Origin: Mobula hypostoma
Taxonomy: Eukaryota
Direction: 5' to 3'
DNA: 64,000 bases
Assembly: GCF_963921235.1 (NCBI RefSeq)
Contig: NC_086108.1
Location: 3,720,001-3,784,000, forward strand
Shown here: positions 38,693 to 51,720 of the stretch, piece after piece
Position numbering within the stretch: position 1 is the first letter of the stretch
Layout of the letters: every line of letters starts with the position of its first letter
Notes under the pieces: generated by a model
What the model saw: only the letters and a program-made list of their open reading frames with translations
What the model was told of the DNA's origin: nothing
Database searches by the model: none
Program-made: the position numbers and the translations under genes

Positions 38693-39333
38693 TATGATTG
38701 ACAACAGGCAGTCCCCTTTTATTGTCATTTAGTAATGCATACATTAAGAAATGATAAAAATGTTTTTCCAGAATGATATTACGAAAACACATGACAAACC
38801 GACTTAAAAACTAACAAAAACCACATAATTATAACATATAGTTACAACAGTGCAAAGCAATACTGTAATTTGATAAGAACAGACCATGGCACAGTAAAGT
38901 CTCAAAGTCGCTCGAAAGTCCCATCATCTCACGCAGATGGTAAACCCCCAGTGCCGCCAACTTGCCGATGCGGCATCCCGGAAGCATCTGACCACAGTCC
39001 GACTCCGAGTCCGTCCGAAAAACTCCAAGCCTCCGACCAGCTCTCCGACACTGAGCACTGAGCACCACCTCTGCCGAGCGTTTCGACCTCAGCCCCGGCA
39101 ACAGGCAATAGGCAAAGCCGAGGATTTGGGGCCTTCGTCTCCGGAGATTCTCCATCGCACAGTAGCAGCGGCAGCGAAGCGGGCATTTCAGAAGTTACTC
39201 CAGATGTTCCTCTGTACTCTCACGGCTGTCCCCATCAAATCCGGATTGTGCACGGCCCCCTAGTTACACATATCGATATTCATTCGGAACGGCCGCCCGC
39301 GCTGCGTCTCGCTGCCATCTTCTCCTCCCTCCT
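38693..39333 (-). mobile_element. CpG-rich non-autonomous LINE derivative nested in a minus-strand SINE
   Basis: Flanked by caatta at both ends. The minus strand begins gaggagaagatggcagcg and ends in an aataaaagg...caatcataa tail. The host SINE continues on both sides. Confidence 0.6.
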
Positions 39334-41429
39334 CAATTAAACCAACCAATCGGTAAGTCTTTGGACTGTGGGGGGAAACTGGAGCACCCGGAGGAAACCC
39401 ACACGGTCATGGGGAGAAATACAAACTCTTACAGACAGCAGTGGGAATTGAACCCAAGTCGCTGGTATTTTACTGTTGCTAATTTTTACTAACCACTGCG
39501 CTACTCTGCCATTCCATTCTGTACAGGAGGTAATTTACAGGAGGCAAATGTCCTACCAACCTGCACGTCTTTTGGAAGCCGGGGAGAAACCTGTGTGGTC
39601 ACAGGGAGAACCTGCAAACTCCACTCAGATGGAACCAGAGGTTGGAATTGAACCTGGGACTCCAGATTGGTGAGACAGCACCTCTGCCCACAGTGTCGAG
39701 GTGACTCTCCCATAAGTCAGCCAGATCCTGGAGCCTATTCCAAGGTGAACTACTTAACAGGTCACCTCATTCAATCACGTGAGCTCAACGTGACTGAGAC
39801 ACAGGCCTGGTCTGATCTCTGTGTCGTGTTCTTAGTCAGTCTGGTCCCTCATATTGCCTCTCAGCTCTGATTGGTCAATGTCAAACTGGATGTTGAAGGG
39901 GTGGGTTGAAGAAATAATTATGGCCTCTTAAGAGTTTATTAGCCACAGCGGGAGAACTTTAGACCCAATAAGATTGTGGATGATGCACTGCCCGGTCCAA
40001 TTTCAGTCTTAGCACCGATGACCTCCTGCTTCAAATACCTGTGAACCTCAGTGTTACACATTCCCATTTCTCTGAGGTAAAGAATTCTGAAGATGTCAGA
40101 CCTTCTGAGTGACAGATTTTCTTTTTCTTTCAATCCCAAGTGGCTCAAAGGTCCTCCCATCACCGACCCTCTCCCTCGAAAACTTGGCATCACCCCTCAT
40201 TCCACAGCACCCCAGTGCATCTCAGACAATCCAGCTCCACCTGCAGGAGTAGCATTTACTCAGTGGGGGCAGTTGCTCCCAGGATCCATGGCTGGTTCAT
40301 CCACAGACTGGACCGGGATTGGTGTACCAGCCCTTAAACCCCAGGGTTGCTATGATGACCCTTGAACTCCAGGATTGATATAATGGCTCAAAACCCCAGG
40401 GCTGATAACATGACCTATGAACTTCAGGGTTGATTAAGTGACCCTGGAGTTCTTGTCCTATCTTAGCCATGTCTTCTCATCGTCACCCTGTAAAATGGAA
40501 CATCAGTCCTCTCACTTGTCTCTATCATCCCCTCATCATCACCTATCCTCTCCTACCTTGTAAATTTAACCCATTTCTCCCAAAGTCCACTACTGACTGA
40601 CTTCTTTCTGTGGGAGAGAGAGAGAGAGTTTCTATATTTCCATTGGTTTCCAGCAATGGGAGATTCTCCCAGATTCCCAGCTGGCTTTGCCCAAACCTAC
40701 CTCTGATTTTCAACCCTTTATTGTTGGTCTCACCTGCCAGTGGAGGAGTCCTCTCCATCCTCAGCCATTCCTGAAGGCCAGTTTCATGGCCATCGAAGCC
40801 CATTTGGTCCTCCAGTGGCTTGTCCACGCTGGCAACTTTAGAACCACTGACCGGATCTGGATACCTCACTTAGACCTCCGGTTTTTTCCTGTTCCTGGAA
40901 GACTTGTTGCTGGGTTCATGCACCTCGCTGCAAGCTGATAGGTGACTTCTTAGCAAGACAGAAAATATCGAGAGGAGTTTCCTCATCCTGGCTGGGGAAA
41001 CGAAAGGAAGGGATAGAAGATATGGATTGGGATTGTGCAAAACTGGAGACCTCGGCATGTCTTGGGATCCACCAAGGAAAAGAAAAGGAGGAAAAGATTG
41101 GGATTTTGTGCAATAGGATTCCAGAAATGATGAACTCAGCTCGGTTTTGGACAAGTGGTTTTGAGATCCGTCACCCGGAGCAGTAAAGGATATCTGAGAT
41201 GGATTATGCTCGTCTCCCATTCTCCTGGTCATTTACAAACTGAATAAGATTTAATATATCAAAATAAAACTCCCACTCAGAAATCGGAATTCATAATTTT
41301 TTTTAAAAGTTGGGTCTTGAGCATCTTAAAGATGATGGCGCAAAGCAAAAGCAGGGAGAATCTGAAACCTTCGATACTTGCGATGGAGTGATGGAAATGG
41401 AGGATGAGCAAGAGGCCAACACTGGAGGA

Positions 41430-41890
41430 ATGAACATCGACGTCTCTAACTTCCGCTAATGCCCCACCTCCCCCCTCATACCCCATCCGTTATTTATTTT
41501 TATACACACATTCTTTCTCTCACTCTCCTTTTTCTCCTTCTGTCCCTCTGACTATACCCCTTGCCCATCCCCTGAGGTCCCCCTGCTTGTCTTTCTCCCC
41601 AGACCTCCTGTCCCATGATCCTCTCGTATCCCCTTTGCCAATCACCTGTCCAGCTCTTGGCTCCATCCCTCCTCCTCCTGTCTTCTCCTATCATTTTGGA
41701 TCTCCACCCTCCCTCCCCCTCCCACTTTCAAATCTCTTACTAACTCTTCCTTCAGTTAGTCCTGACGAAGGGTCTCGGCCTGAAACGTCGACTGTACCTC
41801 TTCCTAGAGATGCTGCCTGGCCTGCTGCATTCACCAGCAACTTTGATGTGTGTTGCTTGAATTTCCAGCATCTGCAGAATTCCTGTTGTT
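41430..41890 (+). mobile_element. Penelope-derived repeat (well-preserved copy)
   Basis: Closely similar to 51783-52240. GIY-YIG C-terminal codons, then a pyrimidine-rich tract, then a hammerhead motif. Confidence 0.75.
41757..41794 (+). ncRNA. Minimal type I hammerhead ribozyme motif
   Basis: tAGTC-CTGACGA-agggtctcggcct-GAAAC-GTC-GACTg: both catalytic boxes, stem I AGTC/GACT, a short stem II, a palindromic ACGT stem III and a GUC cleavage triplet. Confidence 0.7.
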
Positions 41891-43332
41891 TACTGGAGGA
41901 ATGAGCTGGTCTGGTCTCAGAAGGCTGTAGGTGTGGATGATGGGGATGGGTTTTGAATGCAGTGATAGGTGTTGTAAAATCAAAGTGCTCCCAGTACGAG
42001 TCAACGTACTCATGGGTGCTGGGCACAGGGTCTGGTGTGGATTAGAATGTGCAAGATGTGGTTCTCTAACTTCACTCTTTTTAAGTGGTAGGAGGGAGAG
42101 TACTTCAAATAATCTTAATTGCCAGCAGTTTGCATGTGGGGTAAGTATAAGGCACAAAAAGTACTGCACCCCCAAGCCTGACCAGCTATTTGATATGTTC
42201 TTGGTGATCCACCCCAGGCTTCTTTGGTGGCAGTTCCCATTACCTGCAATTCTCTAATCTTTTAAGGATGTTCCCGATAAACGTCACTGTCATCGTCATT
42301 ATGTGCTGAGTCCTATGACATCATCATTATGTGCATGTCATATGAAGTAGGTGATCACAATCTTACCCATGACCATGATCGTTCTTGGCAAGTTTTCCCA
42401 CAGAAGTGGTTTGCCATTGCCTTCTTCCAGGGCAGTGTCTTTACAAGACGAGTGACCCTGGCCATTATCAATACGCCTCAGAGATTGTCTTCCTGGAGTC
42501 AGTGGTCACTTGTGATCTGCACCGGCTGCTCATATGACCATCCACCACCTGCTCCCTTGGCTTTATGTGACCCTGGTCGGTGGGGGGTGGGGGGGGCGCA
42601 GGGCGTGGCTAGGCAGGTGCTACACGGTGCCCAAGGGTGACCTGCAGTTAGCTGAGGGAAGGAGCACCTTACACCTCCTTTGGTAGAGACGTATCTCCAC
42701 GCCAACACCCAGCAATGATCCAGCCTCCATATTGCTCCAGGGTACGGAAATTCCTGGTCTGTACCACTCTCTGCAGGAAGGAATTCCTCACATGTCAGTT
42801 CTCACTGGGAGGTCACTGATTCTTGTAATTCTGTTCCCTTCTTTGAGACTCAGCCACTGGTGGAAACATCGGGCATCTGCCCTGCCCTTTAAGCAATGCA
42901 TATATAACGGAAATGAGGGAACGGTTGCAGATTCCATTTTAACTTTACAGCACCGTACCTCTTATCTAACTCTAAAATCAATCTAACCCTTCTGCCCTAC
43001 ATAGCCCTCCATTGTTTTCCTACTATCATGTAACTATCTAAAAGCCTCTTAAATGTCCCTAATGTATCTGCCTCTGTCTCCACCCCGGCAGGACATTTCG
43101 TGCACCCACCACTCTCGCTGTAAAAACCTTACTTTTGGCGTCCCCTCCTCCCCCTCCCCAGACTTTCCGTCAGTCACCTAAAGCAGCACACACCAAAGGC
43201 TGGAGAGAGTCGGCAGGTCAGACTGCTGAGTTCCTCCGTTTGTCCTGAAGATGGGTCTCGGCCGAAACGTCAACTGTTTACTCATCTCCATAGGTGCTGC
43301 CTGACCTGCTGAGTTCCTCTAGCATTTTGTCT

Positions 43333-43351
43333 GTGTGTGTGTGTGTGTGTG

Positions 43352-43435
<84 letters not shown>

Positions 43436-43484
43436 TGTCAGTGTGTGTGTGTGTGAGTGTGTGTCTGTCTGTGTGTGTGTGTGG

Positions 43485-43521
<37 letters not shown>

Positions 43522-43522
43522 T

Positions 43523-43556
<34 letters not shown>

Positions 43557-43611
43557 CTGTGTGTGTGTGTGAGTGTGTCTGTCTGTGTGTGTGTGTGTGT
43601 GTGTGTGCGTG

Positions 43612-43678
<67 letters not shown>

Positions 43679-43701
43679 CTGTGTGTGTGTGTGAGTGTGT
43701 C

Positions 43702-43788
<87 letters not shown>
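43333..43788. repeat. Interrupted (TG)n microsatellite, about 455 bp
   Basis: Read directly. It has expanded from the gtgtgtgttgc tract of a Penelope-derived repeat that flanks both sides. Confidence 0.97.
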
Positions 43789-43789
<1 letters not shown>

Positions 43790-45559
43790 GCTTTAGATTT
43801 CCAGCATCTCAAGATTTTTTCATGTTTACCTTCAAATTACGCCCCCTTATTTCCACGCTAAGAAAAAAGTTTCTGGCCATTCACGTACCTCTTGTAATCT
43901 TGTAGACTTCAGTCAAGTCACTTCTCACCCTCCCTCACTCAGACTTTCCTTGTAATTATGGCTATTTTGGTGAAGGAAGGTGGAAATAATGCTTGTACAG
44001 TGTTACAATTGTCACGACACATAAATATTGCTAGATTTGATCAACTTGTGAGCTGAATTCACAATCCTTGTGCACACGGATCTTATTTTTTAAGGTTTGC
44101 AGGGAAAACAATTTTTTTTAAAGAGGGGAAATGCAATGCCGTCCTCCCCTTCATTAGAATGAAGTTGGTAAGGGCTTTTGAAGAGCGCTCAAAAATGTGC
44201 ACACTCTCAATTCTGACCATCCTGGGGAGCTAGAGAAAGGCAGCGTTTCCTGGCTGGACTGCCGGCAACTGTTGTTGAGTTTGAAAATCAGGTCACGTCC
44301 AGTCAAGTCGCTGGTCTTGAGTATAGGTGTCTCCTCCACCTGTATGCAGTGTTCCAGTGTAAACGCACGCCACAAAATGCCCGTTTCTCCCAATCTCACT
44401 TTCACATGAAGCTCTATCTTGTATACTGTACTGTGCAAGTCTTAGGCACATGCATATAGCTGGGGTGTCTGAGACTTTTGCACAGTTCTGTATTTGTCAA
44501 TGTGGAACGGAGAGTGAGTTGGTAAATCTGGTGGGAGCAAAGGATGTTGGGAATGGCGAGGGTGGAGTGTCGCGGGAGGGGTGTGGGACAGCTGGCAGAG
44601 AAGGAGTGCCGGGGTGGGGCTGCTGCAGGGGCAGGCAGCCCTGAGACAGCAGGCAAGGTCACCTCATTCCCAAACAATCAGTTTATTGATCATTACAGAA
44701 TGTCTCTGTGGTGCTTCCCAATCCCACCCCTCTCCCTTCCCCTTTTCCCAGCCATGATTCTCCTCTCCCTGCCCCTTTCCCCTTCCCACTCCCAGCCCTC
44801 AAATGAGGCCCAATATCAGAATCAGGTTTATCAGCACTCACACATGTCATGATATTTGCTTTTCTGAGGCAGCATTACAGTGCAATACATAAAATTACGA
44901 CAGTGCTGTGCAAAAGTCTTAGGCACTGTAGATATACATATGTGTTCAATGGTTTAATTTAATAGCAGGGGATGTATACAGTATACAACCTGAAAGTCTT
45001 ACTCTTCACAGACCGTGCCTAAGACTTTTACACAGTGCTGTATGTGCTTAACAAAAGGCTAATAAGTAGGACAGCAATAATTCGTCATGAAATAGAACAG
45101 CTCATCCAGTTATTAAGATATAACTTTTACACTGGGGATTACGTCAGCCAGTTAAAATGTTTTTAGTGTTCCTTTAATACATTATTAAAATCTCAATTCC
45201 TCATAGAGGTACAATGTTTTACTTTGGAAATAAGTGGTAATTAAGTAGCATAAAATAGTCTGTAGAGATATTTTTCGGAATATATTTATTGGTTTAGCTG
45301 TGGTCAAACTGCTGTACATATCTCACAAATTGATGTGATGGATTCTTTAATTGTTAATTAATGACAGTACAAAGAAGTCTGGAATAAAAAGTAAGAAAAA
45401 TAAAGCAAAGATATTGCACAGTGATGGAGTGATTCTGCTGTTTCTTGTGGTGGGGACAGAGGAGCAGTTCAGAACGTGAGGATATCCCGCAGCAAGAAGC
45501 TCACTACCTGACTTTGCAAATGCAGTCCATTGTTGGAACTGTGGATGATATTGTCCAGG

Positions 45560-46490
45560 AGGTTCAAGTTCAAAGTAAACTTATTATCAAAGTACATGCA
45601 TGTCTCCGAGATCAGAATCGGGATCTGCTTTCATATCACCAGCATCTGTCGTGAAATTTGTTGTCTTTATGACAGTGGTACATAATAATGGAGGAAAAAC
45701 TGAATAACAGTAAATATATATATATGTATATTAAATAGTTAAATTAAATAAGTAGTATAAGTAGTACAAAACAGAAATAAAAAATTAATGAGGTAGTGTT
45801 GACGGGTTCAATGTTCATTCAGGGATTGGATAGCAGAGGGGAAGAAGCTGTTCCTGAATCATTGAATGTGTGTCTTCAGGCTCCTGTACCTCCTCCCTGA
45901 TGATAGCAATGAGAAGAGGGCATGTCCTGGGTGGTGGGGGTCCTTAATGATGGATGGTGCCTTTTTGAGGAACAGTTCCATGAAAATGTCCTGGATACTA
46001 CGGAGGCTAGTACCCGTGATGGAGTTGGCTAAGTTTTCAACTCTCTGCAGCTTCCTTCAGTCCTGTGTCATTGCTCCCCCACTTCCTACCCTGCACCAGA
46101 CAGTGATGCAGCCAGTTAAAATGCTCTCAAAGGTACATCTGTAGAAATTTGTGAGTGTTTTAGGTGACATACCAAATCTCCTCAAACTCCTCACACTAAA
46201 TTGTAGCTGCTGTTTTGCCTTCTTTAGTGCTGTATTGATGAACATCATTTTCCTGTGGACATACTCAATTAACCCATTAAAAAATAATAACCTTAACGGA
46301 ATCAATGAAAGATTGCACCAACTTGGGTATTGAATCAGAGTGCAAAAGACAACAAACTGTGCAAATACAAATAGAAAGAAATAATAATAATTAGCAAATA
46401 AAAAAGTAATAAATATCAAGGACGTGAGATGAAGAGACCTTGAAAGTGAGTCACGGGAACATTTCACTGATGGGCAAGTGAAACTGAGTG
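45560..46490 (-). mobile_element. Rex1/Babar-like LINE 3' fragments
   Basis: LRRFGMSPKTLTNFYRCTFESILTGCITVW plus LINE tails. Confidence 0.7.
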
Positions 46491-46934
46491 ATCTTCTCTG
46501 TTTCAATCTCTCTATTTAACTACTTATTATTTATTTGATGCTATTTATTTATTTATTTATTTATCTGTCTATATGTCTATGTCCTTATTTATTATAACTT
46601 ACAGTAATTTTTGAGTCACTACCTAACTTCCCAAGTGCAGTCTGTTGTTAGAACTGACAAGATACTGCCCACTAAGTTTAAAGTAAATTTATTATCGAAG
46701 TACATATGTATCATCATATACAACCCTGTGATTCTTTTTCATGTGGACATTTACAATACAAAGAAAAAAAGAAATACCATGAAACGTAATAGAATCGATG
46801 AAATCCACACGTAACAGGATGGACAAACAAAAACAATTATGCAAATATAAATAAATAGACAATAAATATCGAGAATGTGAGGGGAAAAGACCTTGAAAGG
46901 GAGTCCATAGGTTGTGGGATCAGTTCAGAGTTGA

Positions 46935-47404
46935 GGTGAGTGAAGTTATCCACATTGGTTCAGGAGCCTGATGGTTGTGGGGTAATAACTGTTCCTGAAG
47001 CTGGCGGTGTGGGACCTGAGGCTCATTGTGGTGAGTGAAGTTATCCACACTGGTTCAGGAGTCTGATGGTTGTGGGGTGATAACTGTTCCTGAACCTGGT
47101 GGTGTGGGACCTGAGGCTCATTGAGGTGAGTGAAGTTATCCACACTGGTTCAGAAGCCTAATGGTTGTGGGGTAATAACTGTTCCTGAACCTGGTGGTGT
47201 GGGACCTGAGGCTCATTGTGGTGAGTGAAGTTATCCACACTGGTTCAGGAGCCTGATGGTTGTGGGGTAATAACTGTTCCTGAACCTGGTGGTGTGGGAC
47301 CTGAGGCTCATTGGGGTGAGTGAAGTTATCCACACTGGTTCAGGAGCCTGATGGTTGTGGGGTAATAACTGTTCCTGAGCCTCCTGGTGTGGGACCTGAG
47401 GCTC
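46935..47404. repeat. 95-bp tandem array, about 5 copies, inside a Rex1/Babar-like 3' fragment (46675-47550)
   Basis: Same unit as the terminal satellite. The host resumes at gaggctcctgtaccctctgcc. Confidence 0.95.
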
Positions 47405-48536
47405 CTGTACCCTCTGCCTGATGGCAGCAGGGAGAGAGAGCATGTCCTGGGTAGTGGGGGTCCCTGATCATGGATGCTGCTTTCCTGCCACAATGCTCCA
47501 CGTGGATGTGCTTAACGGTGGGGAGGGCTTTACCCGTGATGGACTGGTCCGCAATACCCAACTTTACACAAAATCTCTTGTGTTCAACGTGTAACCAATT
47601 CACTCTGAATAAAGAACCTCCCTTGTAGTCCTCAATTATATTTAAAAGTGATTCACTCTGGACACACAAGGGAATCTTCTGAGAGACAAGGGAAGTCTCG
47701 ATTTACTCCAGAGCAACACACACACACAATCTGCTGGAGGAACTCAGCAGGTCAGGCAACATCTTGGAAATAAATAAACAGCCAATGATTCCCCCTTCTT
47801 CAGGACTGAGAAGGAAGGAAGGGGGAAGAAGGCAGAATGACATGGTGGGAGAAAGAGGAAGGCTAGCTGGAAGGTGATAAGTGAACAAACAAAAGAAATA
47901 CTGGAAATCTGAGCAACACACACAAAATGCTGAAAGAACTCAACAGGCCGGGCAGCATTTCTGGAAAAGAGTACAGTCGGCATTTCGGGCCGAATCTCTT
48001 CAGCAGGACTGGAGAATAAAAAGCTGAAGAGTAGATTTTAAAGGTGGGGTGAGAGAGAAACACAAGGTGACAGGTGAACCTGGGAGGGGGAAGGATGGAG
48101 TAAAGAGCTGGGAAGTTGATTGGTGAAAAAGACAGAAGGCCATGGAAGAAAGAAAAGGCGGGAGAAGCTCCAGAGGGAGGTGATGGGCGGGCAAGGAGAT
48201 GAGATGAGATGAGGGAGGAAAAGGGGATGGGAAATGGTGACGGGGAGTTGGGGGGCATCGGTGATGGGTGAAGCTAGATGTGTGGTAAAGGTCAAGGGCT
48301 GGAGAGGAAGGAGTCTGACAGGAGAAGAGTGAACATAAGGAGGAGAGGTCCCAGGTTGAGGTGATGGGCAGGTGAGAAGAGGTAAGAGGCAGACATCACA
48401 GACGAGGCAGCAGTGAGAGACGGTCTCACTGAACTCCGTCAAAGAGAAGATTTAAACAGGGAGAGCATGCCTCAAAGAGACTTGGCAGGTGAGCAGCTAA
48501 CCATAAACAGGAGAGATTCTGCAGATGCTGGAAATC

Positions 48537-49250
48537 CAGAGCAACACACACAAAATGCCAGAGGAACTCAACAGGTCAGACAGTGTCGATGGTCAGAGTA
48601 ACACACACAAAATGCTGGAGGAACTCAGCAGGTCAGACAGTGTCGATGGTCAGAGTAACACACACAAAATGCTGGAGGAACTCAGCTGGTCAGACAGTGT
48701 CGATGGTCAAAGTAACACACACAAAATGCTGGAGGAACTCAACAGGTCAGACAGTGTCGATGGTCAGAGTAACACACACAAAATGCTGGACGAACTCAGC
48801 AGGTCAGACAGTGTCGATGGTCAGAGTAACACACACAAAATGCCGGAGGAACTCAACAGGTCAGACAGTGTCGATGGTCAGAGTAGCACACACAAAATGC
48901 TGGAGGAACTCAGCAGGTCAGACAGTGTCGATGGTCAGAGTAACACACACAAAATGCTGGAGGAACTCAGCAGGTCAGACAGTGTCGATGGTCAGAGTAA
49001 CACACACAAAATGCCAGAGGAACTCAGCAGGTCAGACAGTGTCGATGGTCAGAGTAACACACACAGAATGCCAGAGGAACTCAACAGGTCAGACAGTGTC
49101 GATGGTCAGAGTAACACAGACAAAATGCTGGAGGAACTCAGCAGGTCAGACAGTGTCTGAGCCCAGAGTAACACACACAAAATGCTGGAGGAACTCAGCA
49201 GGTCAGACAGTGTCGATGGTCAGAGCAACACACACAAAATGCAGGAGGAG
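48537..49250. repeat. 57-bp minisatellite, about 12 copies
   Basis: Same unit as 33613-33828, embedded in a Penelope-derived repeat. Confidence 0.95.
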
Positions 49251-51720
49251 CTCAGCAGGCCAGGCAGCATCTATGGAGGGGAATAGGCCGAGAAAGTTTA
49301 GGCCGAGAACTTCCATCAGGACTGGAAAAGAAGGATCCAGGATAAGAAGGTGGGAGGGAGACGAAGACAAGCTGGTATGTGATAGGCGAAGCCAATTGAG
49401 TGGGTGGGGGACGGGAGAATGGTGAGAAGCTGGGAGGTGATGTGGAAAAATTAAAAGGCTGGAGAAGAAAAAATAGAACAGAACTTTATTGTCATTGCTC
49501 AAGACAACGAGATTGTGGTGCTACTCCAGTCTGTGCAAAACAGATATTTACAATCCATGCGGTACGGCTTAATTAAAAAATTCCCATATTTACATGCAAC
49601 AAGTGTCTTTGATAGTCCATAACAGTCAAAGGCGATTGCTTGAAATATTCAGCTGCACAATAGCCCTGGGGAAGAAGCTGTATTTCAGTCTTACTGTTTT
49701 GGCTAAGATGTTTCTGTATCTCCTACCAGATGGCAGGAGATTGAACGGACAGTGTCTGGGATGGAATGGGATGGGTCTTTAGTGAGGTTACGAGCTGCAG
49801 TAGGCATCGAGAGATGCAGATCAGCTCCAAGTCCAGTAGTTGAGTCCCAGTGGAGTGCTGAGCCGTCCTGATCACCCATTGGAATGCTTTGTGATCTGTC
49901 TTGCTGCAGCTAGAGTCCCACCCTGACATTCCATATGTCAGTATGCTCTCTGTCGCACATCAATCAAAGTTGGCCCGAGATTTTTGGGGCAGATTAGCTC
50001 CCATTGGGCACCTCAGGTACTTTGCTAGCTGTCGTGTCTTCCCTACTATCAAGGTTGTGTTGATGGTCCACGAGAGTCCCTCAGTGATGTTCATCCCCAA
50101 AAACATAGAACTGGAGATCCTTTCCGCTACTGGCCATTTATGTTGGAGTAGTGGGGAATCTGATAGGAGAGGAGCGTGGACTGTGGGAGAAAGGGAAGAA
50201 GGGGGATTTACACTGCCATAATACAGGTATAACAATGTAGACCCTAGTAAGTAAAATTTACTCAACAACACACATCAAAGTTGCTGGTGAATGCAACAGG
50301 CGTTTTACTGTTTACTGTTAAAATTTACTGTTATCCAAGTACATATATGTCACCACATACTACTCTAAGATTCATTTTCTTGTGGGCATTCATAGGAAAA
50401 TAAGGAGACTATAGAATTTCCAAAAAACTATACATAATCAAACACTGACAAACAACCAATGTGCAAAACAAAAGATGAATTTTGCAAATAAAGAATTAAT
50501 ATTGAGAAGGCATGTGTAAATATTGGACCGGTACTCTAATGGTTAGCAAATGCTTTACAGTACCAGTGACCTGGGTTCAATTCCCGATGCTGCCTGTAAG
50601 GAGTTTGTACGTTCTCCCTGCAACCACGTGGGTTTCCTCCTGGTGCTCCAGTTTCCTCCCACAGTCCAAAGACGTACTGGTTGGTAGGTTAATTGGTCAT
50701 TGTAAACTGTCCCGTGATTAGGCCAGGGTTAAACTGGGGGTTGCTGGGCAGCATGGCTCGAGCAGCCAGAAGGGCCTATTCTGCGTGCTACCTCAATCAA
50801 TCAATCAATAAATACTGACAAACTTTTACCTCTTCTCACCTGCCTATCACTTCCCTCTGGTCCCTCCTATGATCCATACTCTTTGCCTATCAGATTCCTT
50901 CTTCCCCAGCCCTTCATCTTTCCCATTCACCTGGTTCCACCTATCACCTTCTAGCTAGCCTCTTTCCCCTCCCTCCCCCCGCTTTTTATTCTGGTATCTT
51001 CCCCCCTTCCTTACCAGTCCTGAAGAAGTGTCTTGGCCTGAAACATCGACTATTTACTCAATTCCATAGATGCTGCCTGGCCTGCTGAGTACCTCCAGCG
51101 TTTGCATGTTTTGCTCTGGGGTTCCAGCATCTGAAGAATCTCTTGTGTAAATAATATTGAGAACATGACTTTAGACCCTAGCCCAATGCCATCATCTCAA
51201 AGGGAGTTGCCTGATGTAATGCAGCCCACTTGGCTAGATGTACGAAGCCCCACCAACACAAGAGCTTTGGGATCATCCAGGACAAAGCAGCTTGGAATCC
51301 CACCCAACCCAATACCCTCAACATTTCCTGCCTCCCCCACCGGAGCACAGTGGCTGCACCGTGCTTCACCTACAAACACAATGCACTCATTCTAACAGGT
51401 GTCTCCGACAGACCTGTGACTTCTACTACCCAGAAAGAATGGTATCAGAGCTACAGGACGATTAACCAGAAAGTCAATGGTAGTAGAGGTACAGGACTAC
51501 TACCCAGAAAGTCAATAGTAACAGAGGTAAAAGACTACTTCCCGGAAAAACAATGGTAGTAGAGGTACAGAACGTCCCAGAAAGACAATGGTAGCAGAAG
51601 TACAGGACTACTAACCAGAAAGAATGGTAGCAGAGCTACAGGACAACAACCTCCCTCTCTGGCAGTGGTTCCCAAATTTCTTATGCCATGGACCAATGCC
51701 TTTAAACAAGGGGTCCACGG

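Noticed and set aside
43294..43905. Cys/Val- and His/Thr-rich ORFs
   Set aside because: Translations of the (TG)n microsatellite.
48525..49425. 211-aa and 280-aa repetitive ORFs
   Set aside because: Stop-free translation of a 57-bp (19-codon) minisatellite derived from a non-coding repeat.
51420..51650. Short degenerate repeats (ccagaaag...aatggtagtagaggtacaggac)
   Set aside because: Only about 5 irregular copies, consistent with local slippage, and no evidence of function.
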